From positions 962-64,961 of the forward strand of contig JAOKTT010000004.1 of assembly GCA_028336245.1 (NCBI GenBank): 64,000 nucleotides of DNA, given 5' to 3'. Numbering within the stretch: position 1 is the first letter of the stretch; each line of letters starts with the position of its first letter. The position numbers were made by a program, and so were the translations under genes. Below the pieces are notes generated by a model, which ran no database searches, was not told the DNA's origin, and was given only the letters and a program-made list of their open reading frames with translations. This DNA is from Polaribacter sp. Its GTDB lineage: Bacteria; Bacteroidota; Bacteroidia; Flavobacteriales; Flavobacteriaceae. Shown piece by piece: positions 21,716 to 30,558 of this stretch.

Positions 21716-22003
21716 TTAAAGTAACTTAAAAATTAATGTTGTCAATGCGATGATAATCGTAGCAAAAAGTACTCCTTTTGCCCGAACATCTTGTTTTTTC
21801 TTTATAAAAACAAAGAATACAAATAAATTAGGTATTGCGGCTAGAGCGAGTAATTTACCGTGTAAACTGCGTTCTCTTATCAGCTCTAAAGAAACTCCAA
21901 AGCTGTATGCAGCGAAATATTCTAAATATAAAAAAGCCCCTCCAAAAGTGGCAAATAAAGCGATTAAAAAACCAATAATAAAATCTTTTTTTAAAGTTCC
22001 CAA
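21716..22003 (-). CDS. Hypothetical membrane protein (3 TM)
   Basis: 95 aa, hydrophobic, overlaps the surE stop. Confidence 0.75.
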   Translation of the reverse strand: MGTLKKDFIIGFLIALFATFGGAFLYLEYFAAYSFGVSLELIRERSLHGKLLALAAIPNLFVFFVFIKKKQDVRAKGVLFATIIIALTTLIFKLL

Positions 22004-22761
22004 GTATTTAATTTTTGAATCATATGATGCGCAGTCATATCAAATTGAACAGGCACTATAGAAACATACCCATTTTCTAACGCATAAATATCTGTGTCTT
22101 GTCCTTTGTCTTTACACACAAATTCTCCTGATAACCAATAATATTCCTTTCCAAAAGGACTTTTACGTTTATCAAAATCTTCTTTCCAATAACCATTTGC
22201 TTGTCTACATACTTTAACACCTTTAATTTCATCCTTTTTAAAATTAGGAATATTTACGTTTAAAACAACCCCTTCTGGAATTCCTTCTGACAAGGCATTC
22301 CGCGTAATCTTCGCTACATATTCTTCTGATACCGTAAAGTCTGCATCCCATTTAAAATCTAATAAAGAAAAGCCAATTGCAGGTACACCCTCGATACCAG
22401 CTTCAATCGCAGCACTCATCGTCCCTGAATAAATGACATTTATAGAAGCGTTTGCACCATGATTAATCCCAGAAACGCATAAGTCAGGCCTTCTGCTTAA
22501 AATTTCACTAATTGCCATTTTTACACAGTCTGCTGGCGTTCCAGAACAGGTGTATTCTACTTGTGGGCCGTTATCAATAGTTATTGGATTGCATGTTAAT
22601 ACATTATCAATTGTAATTGCATGCCCCATTCCACTTTGTGCTTTATCCGGTGCTACAACAACCACATCCCCAATCTTATTCATTATTTTTATCAATGCTC
22701 TAATTCCAGGAGCCGTAATTCCATCATCATTGGTCACTAAGATTAATGGTTTTTCTTGCAT
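21991..22761 (-). CDS. surE: 5'/3'-nucleotidase SurE
   Basis: ILVTNDDG, GTPADCV, VSGINHGAN, YSGTMSAA. Confidence 0.95.
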   Translation of the reverse strand: MQEKPLILVTNDDGITAPGIRALIKIMNKIGDVVVVAPDKAQSGMGHAITIDNVLTCNPITIDNGPQVEYTCSGTPADCVKMAISEILSRRPDLCVSGINHGANASINVIYSGTMSAAIEAGIEGVPAIGFSLLDFKWDADFTVSEEYVAKITRNALSEGIPEGVVLNVNIPNFKKDEIKGVKVCRQANGYWKEDFDKRKSPFGKEYYWLSGEFVCKDKGQDTDIYALENGYVSIVPVQFDMTAHHMIQKLNTWEL

Positions 22762-22947
22762 ATTGCTTTCTTTTAATTACAAATGTACTTTATTTAAACT
22801 ATTTTCTTTTTAACAATTTGTAAAGAATATAAGAGCTCTTTTTTCTTTAAATTTGTTACGTATTATTTTTAAGTGTCTCCAAGAAAACTAAAAAAAGCGT
22901 TGCAAGCGCTGTATGTAAAAAATAACGTTTATTTTAGGCTCTCAGAT

Positions 22948-23004
<57 letters not shown>

Positions 23005-23027
23005 CTACTGCACAAGAGAAAAAGTTT

Positions 23028-25157
23028 ATGAAAATAACAAATAATTTCAAGATCACCCTCATTGTATTCTTACTAATTTTCCAAAGTCTAACAGCGCACA
23101 ATGCCTTTGTTAAAGACACGGATCCAGAGAAGGATAAAATATTAGTTTATGTTTTGAAAAATATTTTAACCAGAGGTCATTTTGTTGAAAAAGACATGAA
23201 TGATGATTTTTCAGAACAGGTCTTCAATAATTTTATTGATGGCTTAGACCCAAGTAAGCGCTATTTCACGCAAGAAGATTTAAAGGAATTTTCAAAGTTC
23301 AAGTATGAAATAGACAACCAATTAATAGCGGATGATGTCTCCTTCTATAACTTGGTATACCAAAGCTTTATTGAAAAAATTAAAAATGCAAAATCGTATT
23401 ATGGAACTTTATTAGCAAACCCTTTTAATTTCAAAAAAAAGGAAACGATAGATATTGATTATAAAAAAGCTCCTTTTGCTGAAAATGAAAAAGAGCTCAT
23501 TAATTACTGGCGCAAGCAGTTAAAATTAAATGTGCTCAGTAGAATTCAAGACAAATTAGAAAAACAAGAAGCGCCGCTTAAAAAAGATAAAAAAGTAACT
23601 ATTAAATCCTTTAAACTTTTAGAAAAAGAGGCGAGAGCAGACATTTTAAAAAATATGGATGAACTGTATTTAAGAATTGAAGAATTAGAACACGAAGATT
23701 GGTTTTCTACTTTTTTAAATAGTGTTGTTGGCGCTTTTGATCCGCACACTACCTATATGGCGCCAAGAACTAAAGAACGTTTTGACCAAGACATGTCCGG
23801 TAAGTTAGAGGGTATTGGGGCACGTTTGGTGAAAAAAGGGATTTATACAGAAATTTTTGAATTGGTGTCGGGGGGTCCTGCATGGAAGCAAGGAGAACTT
23901 GAAGCGGGTGATATCATACTAGAAGTAGCACAAGGAACTTCAGAACCTTTAGATATTGTTGGTATGCGTTTAGATGATGCCATTAAGTTTATCAAAGGAA
24001 AAAAAGGAACAGAAGTGCGTTTGACCGTAAAAAAGAAGTTAGACGGTTCTACAAGAATAATTTCAATCATGCGAGATGTCGTAGAACTGGAAGAAACCTT
24101 TGTAAAGTCTTCAATTGTAGAAAAAGAAGGTAAAAAATACGGCTTAATTGATCTCCCTAGATTTTATATCGACTTCTCTGACATCAACTCTAGAGACTCA
24201 GCAAAAGATATGGAGAAGGAAATTGAACGCTTAAAAAGTGAAAACGTCTCTGGACTCCTCATAGATTTGAGGAATAATGGTGGTGGATCACTAAAGACAG
24301 CCATAGAAATTGCTGGTTTATTTATTCCAAAAGGACCTATTGTTCAGGTAAAGTTTCGAGGCCGCGCGCCAGAGGTTAAAAATGATACAGACCCTAAAAT
24401 GCAATGGGATGGAGCAGTTGTTGTACTCGTAAATGAATTGTCTGCTTCTGCATCAGAAATTTTTGCAGCGGCAATGCAGGACTATGGAAGAGCGATCATC
24501 ATCGGGGGAAATCAAACCTATGGGAAAGGTACCGTACAAAGTGTAATTCCTATTAATAATTTTTATCCAAATTATGAAAAAGATTTAGGTGCTATAAAAA
24601 TGACCATTCAAAAATTTTATCGCGTAAATGGAGGTTCTACTCAAATAGAGGGAGTATATTCTGATATTGCAATGCCAAATAAATATAGTTATATGAAGTT
24701 TGGAGAGCGAGATTTAGACGGTGCTTTGGTGTGGGATAAAGTACCACAAGCAAAATATACCAAGACAAATTCATATGAAAATTTTTCTGAGGTTGTAAAT
24801 AAAAGTAAAAGTAGAGTGGCTTCAAACCCAAAATTTAAGCTGATAAATGAATATGCAAAATGGTTGAAATCAAACCAAGAAAACACTTCCTACTCGCTGA
24901 ATACAGCGGAGTTCTCTGCTGAAAGCAAGCTGCTCGAAAAAGCATCAAAAAAATATGATGCTGCTTTTAAATACGACTCTGACCTTAACTTTCAATCGCC
25001 TAAATACGAATTTCCTTTAGTGAAAAAAGACAGTGTTTTAGCAGACAAACGTACCGTATGGCATACCAATTTAGCAAAAGACATGTATGTAGCTGAAGCG
25101 TTAAATGTGTTGCAAGCGTTAAAGCTTAAAAATGTGGCTGAAATTACAAAAAACTAG
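23028..25157 (+). CDS. prc: Carboxy-terminal processing protease (S41A, Prc/Tsp-like)
   Basis: DPHTTY, EGIGA (PDZ), DLRNNGGG, SASASEI, TYGKGTVQ. Confidence 0.9.
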   Translation: MKITNNFKITLIVFLLIFQSLTAHNAFVKDTDPEKDKILVYVLKNILTRGHFVEKDMNDDFSEQVFNNFIDGLDPSKRYFTQEDLKEFSKFKYEIDNQLIADDVSFYNLVYQSFIEKIKNAKSYYGTLLANPFNFKKKETIDIDYKKAPFAENEKELINYWRKQLKLNVLSRIQDKLEKQEAPLKKDKKVTIKSFKLLEKEARADILKNMDELYLRIEELEHEDWFSTFLNSVVGAFDPHTTYMAPRTKERFDQDMSGKLEGIGARLVKKGIYTEIFELVSGGPAWKQGELEAGDIILEVAQGTSEPLDIVGMRLDDAIKFIKGKKGTEVRLTVKKKLDGSTRIISIMRDVVELEETFVKSSIVEKEGKKYGLIDLPRFYIDFSDINSRDSAKDMEKEIERLKSENVSGLLIDLRNNGGGSLKTAIEIAGLFIPKGPIVQVKFRGRAPEVKNDTDPKMQWDGAVVVLVNELSASASEIFAAAMQDYGRAIIIGGNQTYGKGTVQSVIPINNFYPNYEKDLGAIKMTIQKFYRVNGGSTQIEGVYSDIAMPNKYSYMKFGERDLDGALVWDKVPQAKYTKTNSYENFSEVVNKSKSRVASNPKFKLINEYAKWLKSNQENTSYSLNTAEFSAESKLLEKASKKYDAAFKYDSDLNFQSPKYEFPLVKKDSVLADKRTVWHTNLAKDMYVAEALNVLQALKLKNVAEITKN

Positions 25158-25177
25158 AATTCTAAGCACCCTAAATC

Positions 25178-25621
25178 ATGACTTTCCAAGTAATTTTCCC
25201 CACAAAATGGTCTGACTTTGACCCAAACAGACACATGCGTCATACCGCGTATAACGAGTATGCTGCAGAAGTTAGAGTGCGTTACTTTGCAAAACATAAC
25301 TTTTCTATGGCTGCTTTTACAAAGTACAACTTAGGACCCATTTTATTTACAGAGGAGACTTCTTTTCTGAAAGAAATTCATGTAGGAGAGAATATTACCG
25401 TAAATATAAAACTACAAGGAGTTTCTAAAAATAACGAACGCTGGAGAATTGTACATGAAGTTTTTAATGAAGCGGGGAAACTCTCTGCGATTATCAAAGT
25501 ATATGGAGCATGGATGGATCTTAGCAAAAGAAAATTATGCGTGCCTCCCAAAACAACCAAAGAAATGTTTGAGTTTGCAGAAAAAACTCCTGATTTCGAG
25601 ACTATCTACTTAAAAAAATAA
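25178..25621 (+). CDS. Acyl-CoA thioesterase (4HBT/hot-dog fold)
   Basis: WSDFDPNRHMRHTAY hot-dog motif. Confidence 0.82.
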   Translation: MTFQVIFPTKWSDFDPNRHMRHTAYNEYAAEVRVRYFAKHNFSMAAFTKYNLGPILFTEETSFLKEIHVGENITVNIKLQGVSKNNERWRIVHEVFNEAGKLSAIIKVYGAWMDLSKRKLCVPPKTTKEMFEFAEKTPDFETIYLKK

Positions 25622-25624
25622 AAG

Positions 25625-26602
25625 TTATAAGTATACTTCTAAAAGTTTGCTTCCTTCGGATATCGCTTTTAATTCAACATGTTCTTGAGCTGCTGGTAAA
25701 AGCATGGTCTCCCCTCTTTTAAAGGAGAAGATTTCGTTATTACAACTCAATTCTATAGCACCAGCTACACAAATATAAATTACAAAAGAATCCAAACTTG
25801 AATAATCTTTTTTCAGGCTACCTTCAATAATTAAAAGATTCGAAGTAAAATAAGGAGAATGCACTAATGCATTCGAAACATTCTTTTTGGTAGCATAGCT
25901 TGTTTTATAAGACTCATGGCATTCAAAATCGATCACATCGATTGCCAAGTCATTGTGTAAGTCTCTTAATTTACCTGTCTTAGCATCTACTCTGTTATAA
26001 TCGAACATGCGGTACGTAATATCTGAAGTCTGCTGAATCTCTGCTAATAAAACCCCTGCTCCAATGGCATGCACTCTTCCTGTTGGGATGTAAAAGGTAT
26101 CTCCTTCGGCCACATTTTCGTGGTGCATTAGGTTTAAAATAGAACCATCTGCTACACTTTTTTGATACGCTTCTTTTGCTAATTTTTTATCAAAACCTAC
26201 AATTAACTCTGCAGCTGCATCCGCCTCCATCACATACCACATTTCATTTTTACCAAAAGAATTGTGGCGTTCTTTTGCGATTTCATTTCCAGGATGCACT
26301 TGAATAGACAGCGGCGTTTTGGCATCTATGAATTTGATCAGCAATGGAAAATCATTTCCAAATTGTTCATAAACCACCTTTCCTAAAAAAGCGCCTTTAT
26401 ATTCCTTTATTAAATCTTGCAGTGTTTTTCCTTGCAAACTACCAGCAGCAACTACCGTTTCGCCTTCTTCTACGGCAGAAATCTCCCAAGATTCTCCAAT
26501 ATTAGTTTCAGTATACTTTTTATTTAAAACTGATTTTAACTTTTCTCCACCCCAAAGTCTGTATTTAAAAACAGGGGTAAATTTTAAAGGATATAGTTTC
26601 AT
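25625..26602 (-). CDS. manA: Type I phosphomannose isomerase
   Basis: WGGEKL, GESWE, LSIQVHP, GKNEMWY, VHAIG, EIQQTSDITYR. Confidence 0.92.
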   Translation of the reverse strand: MKLYPLKFTPVFKYRLWGGEKLKSVLNKKYTETNIGESWEISAVEEGETVVAAGSLQGKTLQDLIKEYKGAFLGKVVYEQFGNDFPLLIKFIDAKTPLSIQVHPGNEIAKERHNSFGKNEMWYVMEADAAAELIVGFDKKLAKEAYQKSVADGSILNLMHHENVAEGDTFYIPTGRVHAIGAGVLLAEIQQTSDITYRMFDYNRVDAKTGKLRDLHNDLAIDVIDFECHESYKTSYATKKNVSNALVHSPYFTSNLLIIEGSLKKDYSSLDSFVIYICVAGAIELSCNNEIFSFKRGETMLLPAAQEHVELKAISEGSKLLEVYL

Positions 26603-26628
26603 ACGAATGTGTGTAATTTTTTAAAATG

Positions 26629-26654
26629 AAAGCCGAAGTTTTCACTTCAGCTTT
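26629..26654 (-). terminator. Hairpin following the degenerate tRNA-Leu 3' copy (probable ancestral tRNA terminator)
   Basis: Minus strand AAAGCTGAAGT-GAAA-ACTTCGGCTTT, with a G-U pair and GAAA tetraloop only in this orientation. Confidence 0.65.
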
Positions 26655-26659
26655 TTCTC

Positions 26660-28878
26660 TGAACAGGCGGGGGAGAAAACACTCCCCACAAAAACTGATA
26701 TTAGTTAAAGCCCTATTTTTATTGATAAAACCGTTAAAAATAAACCTATAACTACAGAATACAAATAAATTATTTTTGTTTTAGTATGCAATATTTTTAT
26801 ACAGTTTGCATTTTATCCTACAAATATAGTTTAATCTTTTAGTTATTCTTTTTAACAAGTAGAGGTTTTCACTGAAATATGAGGCTATTGTATAAAGTTA
26901 TTTAATTTTATTACTTTTGAATAAAAATCGCCATGAAAAAAATTACATTAATTGTATTGACGCTGTTTACAGCGCTGAGCTACGCACAAGACATTGAATT
27001 AAACGGAACGGTGAGTGCTCAAAACAATCAAATTAAAAATATTGCAAACCCTACAGATGCCCAGGATGCGGTTACCAAATCCTATGTGGAAATTTTGGAG
27101 TCTCAGATTTTATCGCTTCAAGAAAACATAAATACCCTTAACGAAGCATTAATTAAATCTGGTCAAATTAATCCAGATATAGTATGGGATGTAATTATTG
27201 AAGATTTTGTTCATAGGAAATATAGTTCAGATTTAATCCAAGATATCGATGGTAATTATATTTTACTTGGGTCGACTGAGACGGATAGTCAAAATTGGGA
27301 TTTATTAATCACAAAATTAAATAATCAAGGCGAAACGTTGTGGTCCAAAACTTATGGGTCAAATGTTTCAGATAGAGGAGTAAGTATGATTCAAAAACAA
27401 GATTCAACAGGCTATATTTTATGTGGCTATGCGAGTGAAATTTCAGGAGATGTTAGTTCTGGTTATGGTGGTCAAGATATATGGGTAGTTGAAATTAATA
27501 ATAATGGAGAGCTCGTTAATGAAGCTACTTTTGGCGGTTCACAAAATGATAAGCCTAAGCAAATCATAAATTCCTCTAATGGTTATACTATTATAGCAGA
27601 TACATTTTCTAACGACGGGGATGTGAGTTTTAATTCCAGTGGTGAAACAGATATCTGGGTTTTAGAAATAAGTGCTGATTTAGAATTATTAAACGAAAAA
27701 ACTTTTGGAACGTCAGACAACGATAATGCATCCAGTATTTTAGAAATTGAACCCGGTAAATTTATCATTAATGGAAACCATAGTGGGGTAAGTCCTAATT
27801 GGGTTGCTAAAGTTTCCTGGCCAGATGGTGATGTATTGTGGGAAAATGATTTTGGGAATAGACCTAGTAATGTTGGAACTTTAAAGCAGCATAATGATTT
27901 TATTTACCTCGTCACAAATTCTTTCAATAGTGTAAACTTTGCTAAATGGGGATATATAGCCAAAATATCACAAGCCGGAGTTGTAGTTGATGATTTTTAT
28001 TTCGGAGGTGAAAACGTAAATTACGGCCCTTTATTTACGGACTTATGTTTTGATAGTAATGGGAATATGTACATAACAGGAGAAATTACGTCACCTGGAG
28101 GTTCAATAACAGCGCCTACTTTTTCTACATCATATGGAGGTGCACAAACCGATGTTTTGGTTTTAAAAACCGATGGTAATTTTAATGAAATTTGGCAAAA
28201 ATCATTTGGAGGAACTGGTCGTGATAATTTATATCTATATGGAAGCCCCCATTTAATTTTAGATACAAATAACAATCCAATTTTTTTAACTTCAACGAAT
28301 TCTTTGGATAAAAATGTAAAATCATATATTGATAATTACAAAATGTGGCTTGTTAAAGTTAAGAATTAATCACTCATATAAAGTCTGAATTTCTTTTAAG
28401 TTTTCCTTAGCTAAACCATAGGCATATCTTCTTCCTTCAATTCAGGGAGTTCTCAGCCATTTAAATAGGTTGGGTGTTTTTCTTATATTTGAAAAAACAA
28501 GCCGTAAATGGAATGGTATCTCAAACACAGAAAAAAAATCTTGATAGCAACTATAGACTATGTTATTTTTAGGTTTGTTTATCTGTCTCTGTAAGTAACC
28601 TGTTTTTATACCAGCATAGGTTTATGTAACCTATAAGGATATACACCGTTTTATTTTAAAAGAGGGGCATTTCTAGGAGTACTCCATATACACCCCTCTT
28701 CTTTGTTTTATTTAATGAAAGAAATGCACGAAATGAAGCCTTAAAAACAACTTTATTTTTTTGCTAAAATTCTTATAGAAATAAGACTAAAATAAGTCAA
28801 TCGTACAATAATCGTACAAATCAAGATACTAAAAAACCTCAACCTATTGACTAACAAAAGGATTGAGGCTTTAATTTG
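26660..28878. mobile_element. Decayed tRNA-Leu-integrated islet, no integrase
   Basis: 26660-26690 is a degenerate copy of the tRNA 3' end (minus strand TGTGGGGAGTGTTTTCTCCCCCGCCTGTTCA vs TGTGAGAGTTCGAGTCTCTCCGCCTGTACA); one accessory gene and gene debris inside; direct repeats next to the tRNA. Confidence 0.6.
26933..28369 (+). CDS. Secreted hypothetical protein: signal peptide, neck-like motif, coiled coil, beta-repeat (propeller-like) domain
   Basis: MKKITL...SYA/QD signal; IKNIANPTDAQDAVTKSYV; heptad-rich ILESQILSLQENINTLNEAL; repeated DxW/L-V-x-K/E...W/N-x-K-T-F/Y-G-G units. Confidence 0.75.
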   Translation: MKKITLIVLTLFTALSYAQDIELNGTVSAQNNQIKNIANPTDAQDAVTKSYVEILESQILSLQENINTLNEALIKSGQINPDIVWDVIIEDFVHRKYSSDLIQDIDGNYILLGSTETDSQNWDLLITKLNNQGETLWSKTYGSNVSDRGVSMIQKQDSTGYILCGYASEISGDVSSGYGGQDIWVVEINNNGELVNEATFGGSQNDKPKQIINSSNGYTIIADTFSNDGDVSFNSSGETDIWVLEISADLELLNEKTFGTSDNDNASSILEIEPGKFIINGNHSGVSPNWVAKVSWPDGDVLWENDFGNRPSNVGTLKQHNDFIYLVTNSFNSVNFAKWGYIAKISQAGVVVDDFYFGGENVNYGPLFTDLCFDSNGNMYITGEITSPGGSITAPTFSTSYGGAQTDVLVLKTDGNFNEIWQKSFGGTGRDNLYLYGSPHLILDTNNNPIFLTSTNSLDKNVKSYIDNYKMWLVKVKN

Positions 28879-28960
28879 TACAGGCGGAGAGACTCGAACT
28901 CTCACACCTTGCGGCACTAGATCCTAAATCTAGCGTGTCTACCAATTCCACCACGCCTGC
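28879..28960 (-). tRNA. tRNA-Leu (anticodon TAG)
   Basis: Reverse complement GCAGGCGTGGTGGAATTGGTAGACACGCTAGATTTAGGATCTAGTGCCGCAAGGTGTGAGAGTTCGAGTCTCTCCGCCTGTA: cloverleaf with long variable arm, TAG anticodon, GTTCGA T-loop; CCA not fully encoded. Confidence 0.97.
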
Positions 28961-29004
28961 ATAATCCGCAAGTAAACTTGCAAAAATTCCGAAGTTTCGG
29001 GTTG

Positions 29005-29012
29005 CAAATATA
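29005..29012 (-). promoter_or_regulatory. Bacteroidetes sigma-A -7 box (TATATTTG) for tRNA-Leu
   Basis: Matches TAnnTTTG about 45 bp upstream of the tRNA 5' end. Confidence 0.6.
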
Positions 29013-29086
29013 AACAATAGTTCTAAACTACAAACGTGTTCATTATAATTTTTCTACTTTTGATCTAGAAATAAAAAACCCCATTT

Positions 29087-30481
29087 ATGAGTACAATTCA
29101 AAACTATATCAAAGAAAACAAAGACCGCTTTTTAGAGGAACTTATAAGTTTGCTAAAAATACCTTCTGTAAGTGCAGACAAGGCCTATAAATCAGCGGTT
29201 TTAAACACAGCTGACTTTGTGTTACAAAGTCTTAAAAAAGCAGGGTGTGATCTTGTTGAGATGTGTGAAACGCCAGGATATCCAATTATTTATGGAGAAA
29301 AAATTATTGACAAAAACTTACCCACGGTGCTAGTATACGGGCATTATGACGTGCAACCTGCAGATCCCATAGAATTATGGACTTCTCCACCCTTTGAGCC
29401 TGTGATTAAGAAGACCCCAATTCATCCAGAGGGTGCTATTTTTGCCCGTGGAGCTTGCGATGACAAAGGACAAATGTACATGCATGTAAAAGCACTCGAA
29501 TATATGACCGCTACTGGAAATTTACCCTGCAATGTAAAGTTCATGATTGAAGGGGAAGAGGAAGTTGGCTCTGAAAGCTTGTCTTGGTTTGTGCCAAGAA
29601 ATATAGAAAAACTTGCCAATGATGTTATTTTGATTTCTGACACGGGCATGATTGCAAATGATATTCCTTCAATTACAACAGGTTTGCGTGGTTTAAGTTA
29701 TGTTGAGGTTGAAGTTACGGGACCCAATAGAGATTTACATTCCGGTTTATACGGAGGTGCTGTTGCAAACCCAATAAATATTTTAACAAAAATGATTGCC
29801 TCTTTGCATGATGAAAACAATCATATTACCATTCCAGGTTTTTATAACCATGTAGAAGCCTTGTCTGCGGCCGAAAGAGCAGAAATGGCCAAGGCACCTT
29901 TTTCTCTAAAAGAGTATGAGAAATCAATCGCCATTGGTTCCGTTTATGGAGAAAAAGGATATTCTACCAATGAAAGAAATGCAATTAGACCTACATTAGA
30001 CGTCAATGGAATATGGGGAGGGTATACTGGTGAAGGTGCAAAAACAGTAATTGCAAGCAAAGCTTTTGCAAAAATCTCAATGCGTTTAGTACCAAATCAA
30101 GATTGGAGAGCAATTACCACGTTGTTTAAAAATCATTTTGAGAGTATTGCTCCAGCCGCCGTAAAGGTCGTTGTAAAGCCACATCATGGTGGGCAAGGGT
30201 ACGTAACACCAACAGATACTATTGCGTACCAAGCAGCAAGCAAGGCATATGAAACAAGTTTTGGTAAAACTCCAATTCCACAAAGAAGTGGTGGTAGTAT
30301 TCCTATTGTAGCTTTATTTGAACAACATCTAAAAAGTAAAACAATCTTAATGGGCTTTGGCTTAGATTCTGATGCCATTCATTCTCCTGACGAGCATTTT
30401 GGTATCTGGAATTACCTGAAAGGTATTGAGACCATTCCTTATTTTTATAAATATTTTACAGACTTCTCAAAAACCAAATAA
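29087..30481 (+). CDS. M20 family (ArgE/DapE-like) dipeptidase
   Basis: YGHYDVQP, ARGACDDKGQ, EGEEEVGS, DLHSG, IHSPDEH. Confidence 0.9.
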   Translation: MSTIQNYIKENKDRFLEELISLLKIPSVSADKAYKSAVLNTADFVLQSLKKAGCDLVEMCETPGYPIIYGEKIIDKNLPTVLVYGHYDVQPADPIELWTSPPFEPVIKKTPIHPEGAIFARGACDDKGQMYMHVKALEYMTATGNLPCNVKFMIEGEEEVGSESLSWFVPRNIEKLANDVILISDTGMIANDIPSITTGLRGLSYVEVEVTGPNRDLHSGLYGGAVANPINILTKMIASLHDENNHITIPGFYNHVEALSAAERAEMAKAPFSLKEYEKSIAIGSVYGEKGYSTNERNAIRPTLDVNGIWGGYTGEGAKTVIASKAFAKISMRLVPNQDWRAITTLFKNHFESIAPAAVKVVVKPHHGGQGYVTPTDTIAYQAASKAYETSFGKTPIPQRSGGSIPIVALFEQHLKSKTILMGFGLDSDAIHSPDEHFGIWNYLKGIETIPYFYKYFTDFSKTK

Positions 30482-30497
30482 GCGAAAAATTCATTTG

Positions 30498-30543
30498 TAA
30501 AAAAAAGCCGCAGCTTATTGCTATAAGTTGCGGCTTTTTTTCC
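30498..30543. terminator. Bidirectional terminator between the dipeptidase gene and ftsZ
   Basis: AAAAAAAGCCGCAGCTTAT-TGCT-ATAAGTTGCGGCTTTTTTT between convergent genes. Confidence 0.88.
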
Positions 30544-30558
30544 TCGAAATATTTTTCA

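Noticed and set aside
26821-26828. Minus-strand TATATTTG inside the islet that might drive manA
   Set aside because: An 8-bp AT-rich match is expected by chance here, and it is separated from manA by a hairpin; unsupported without TSS data.
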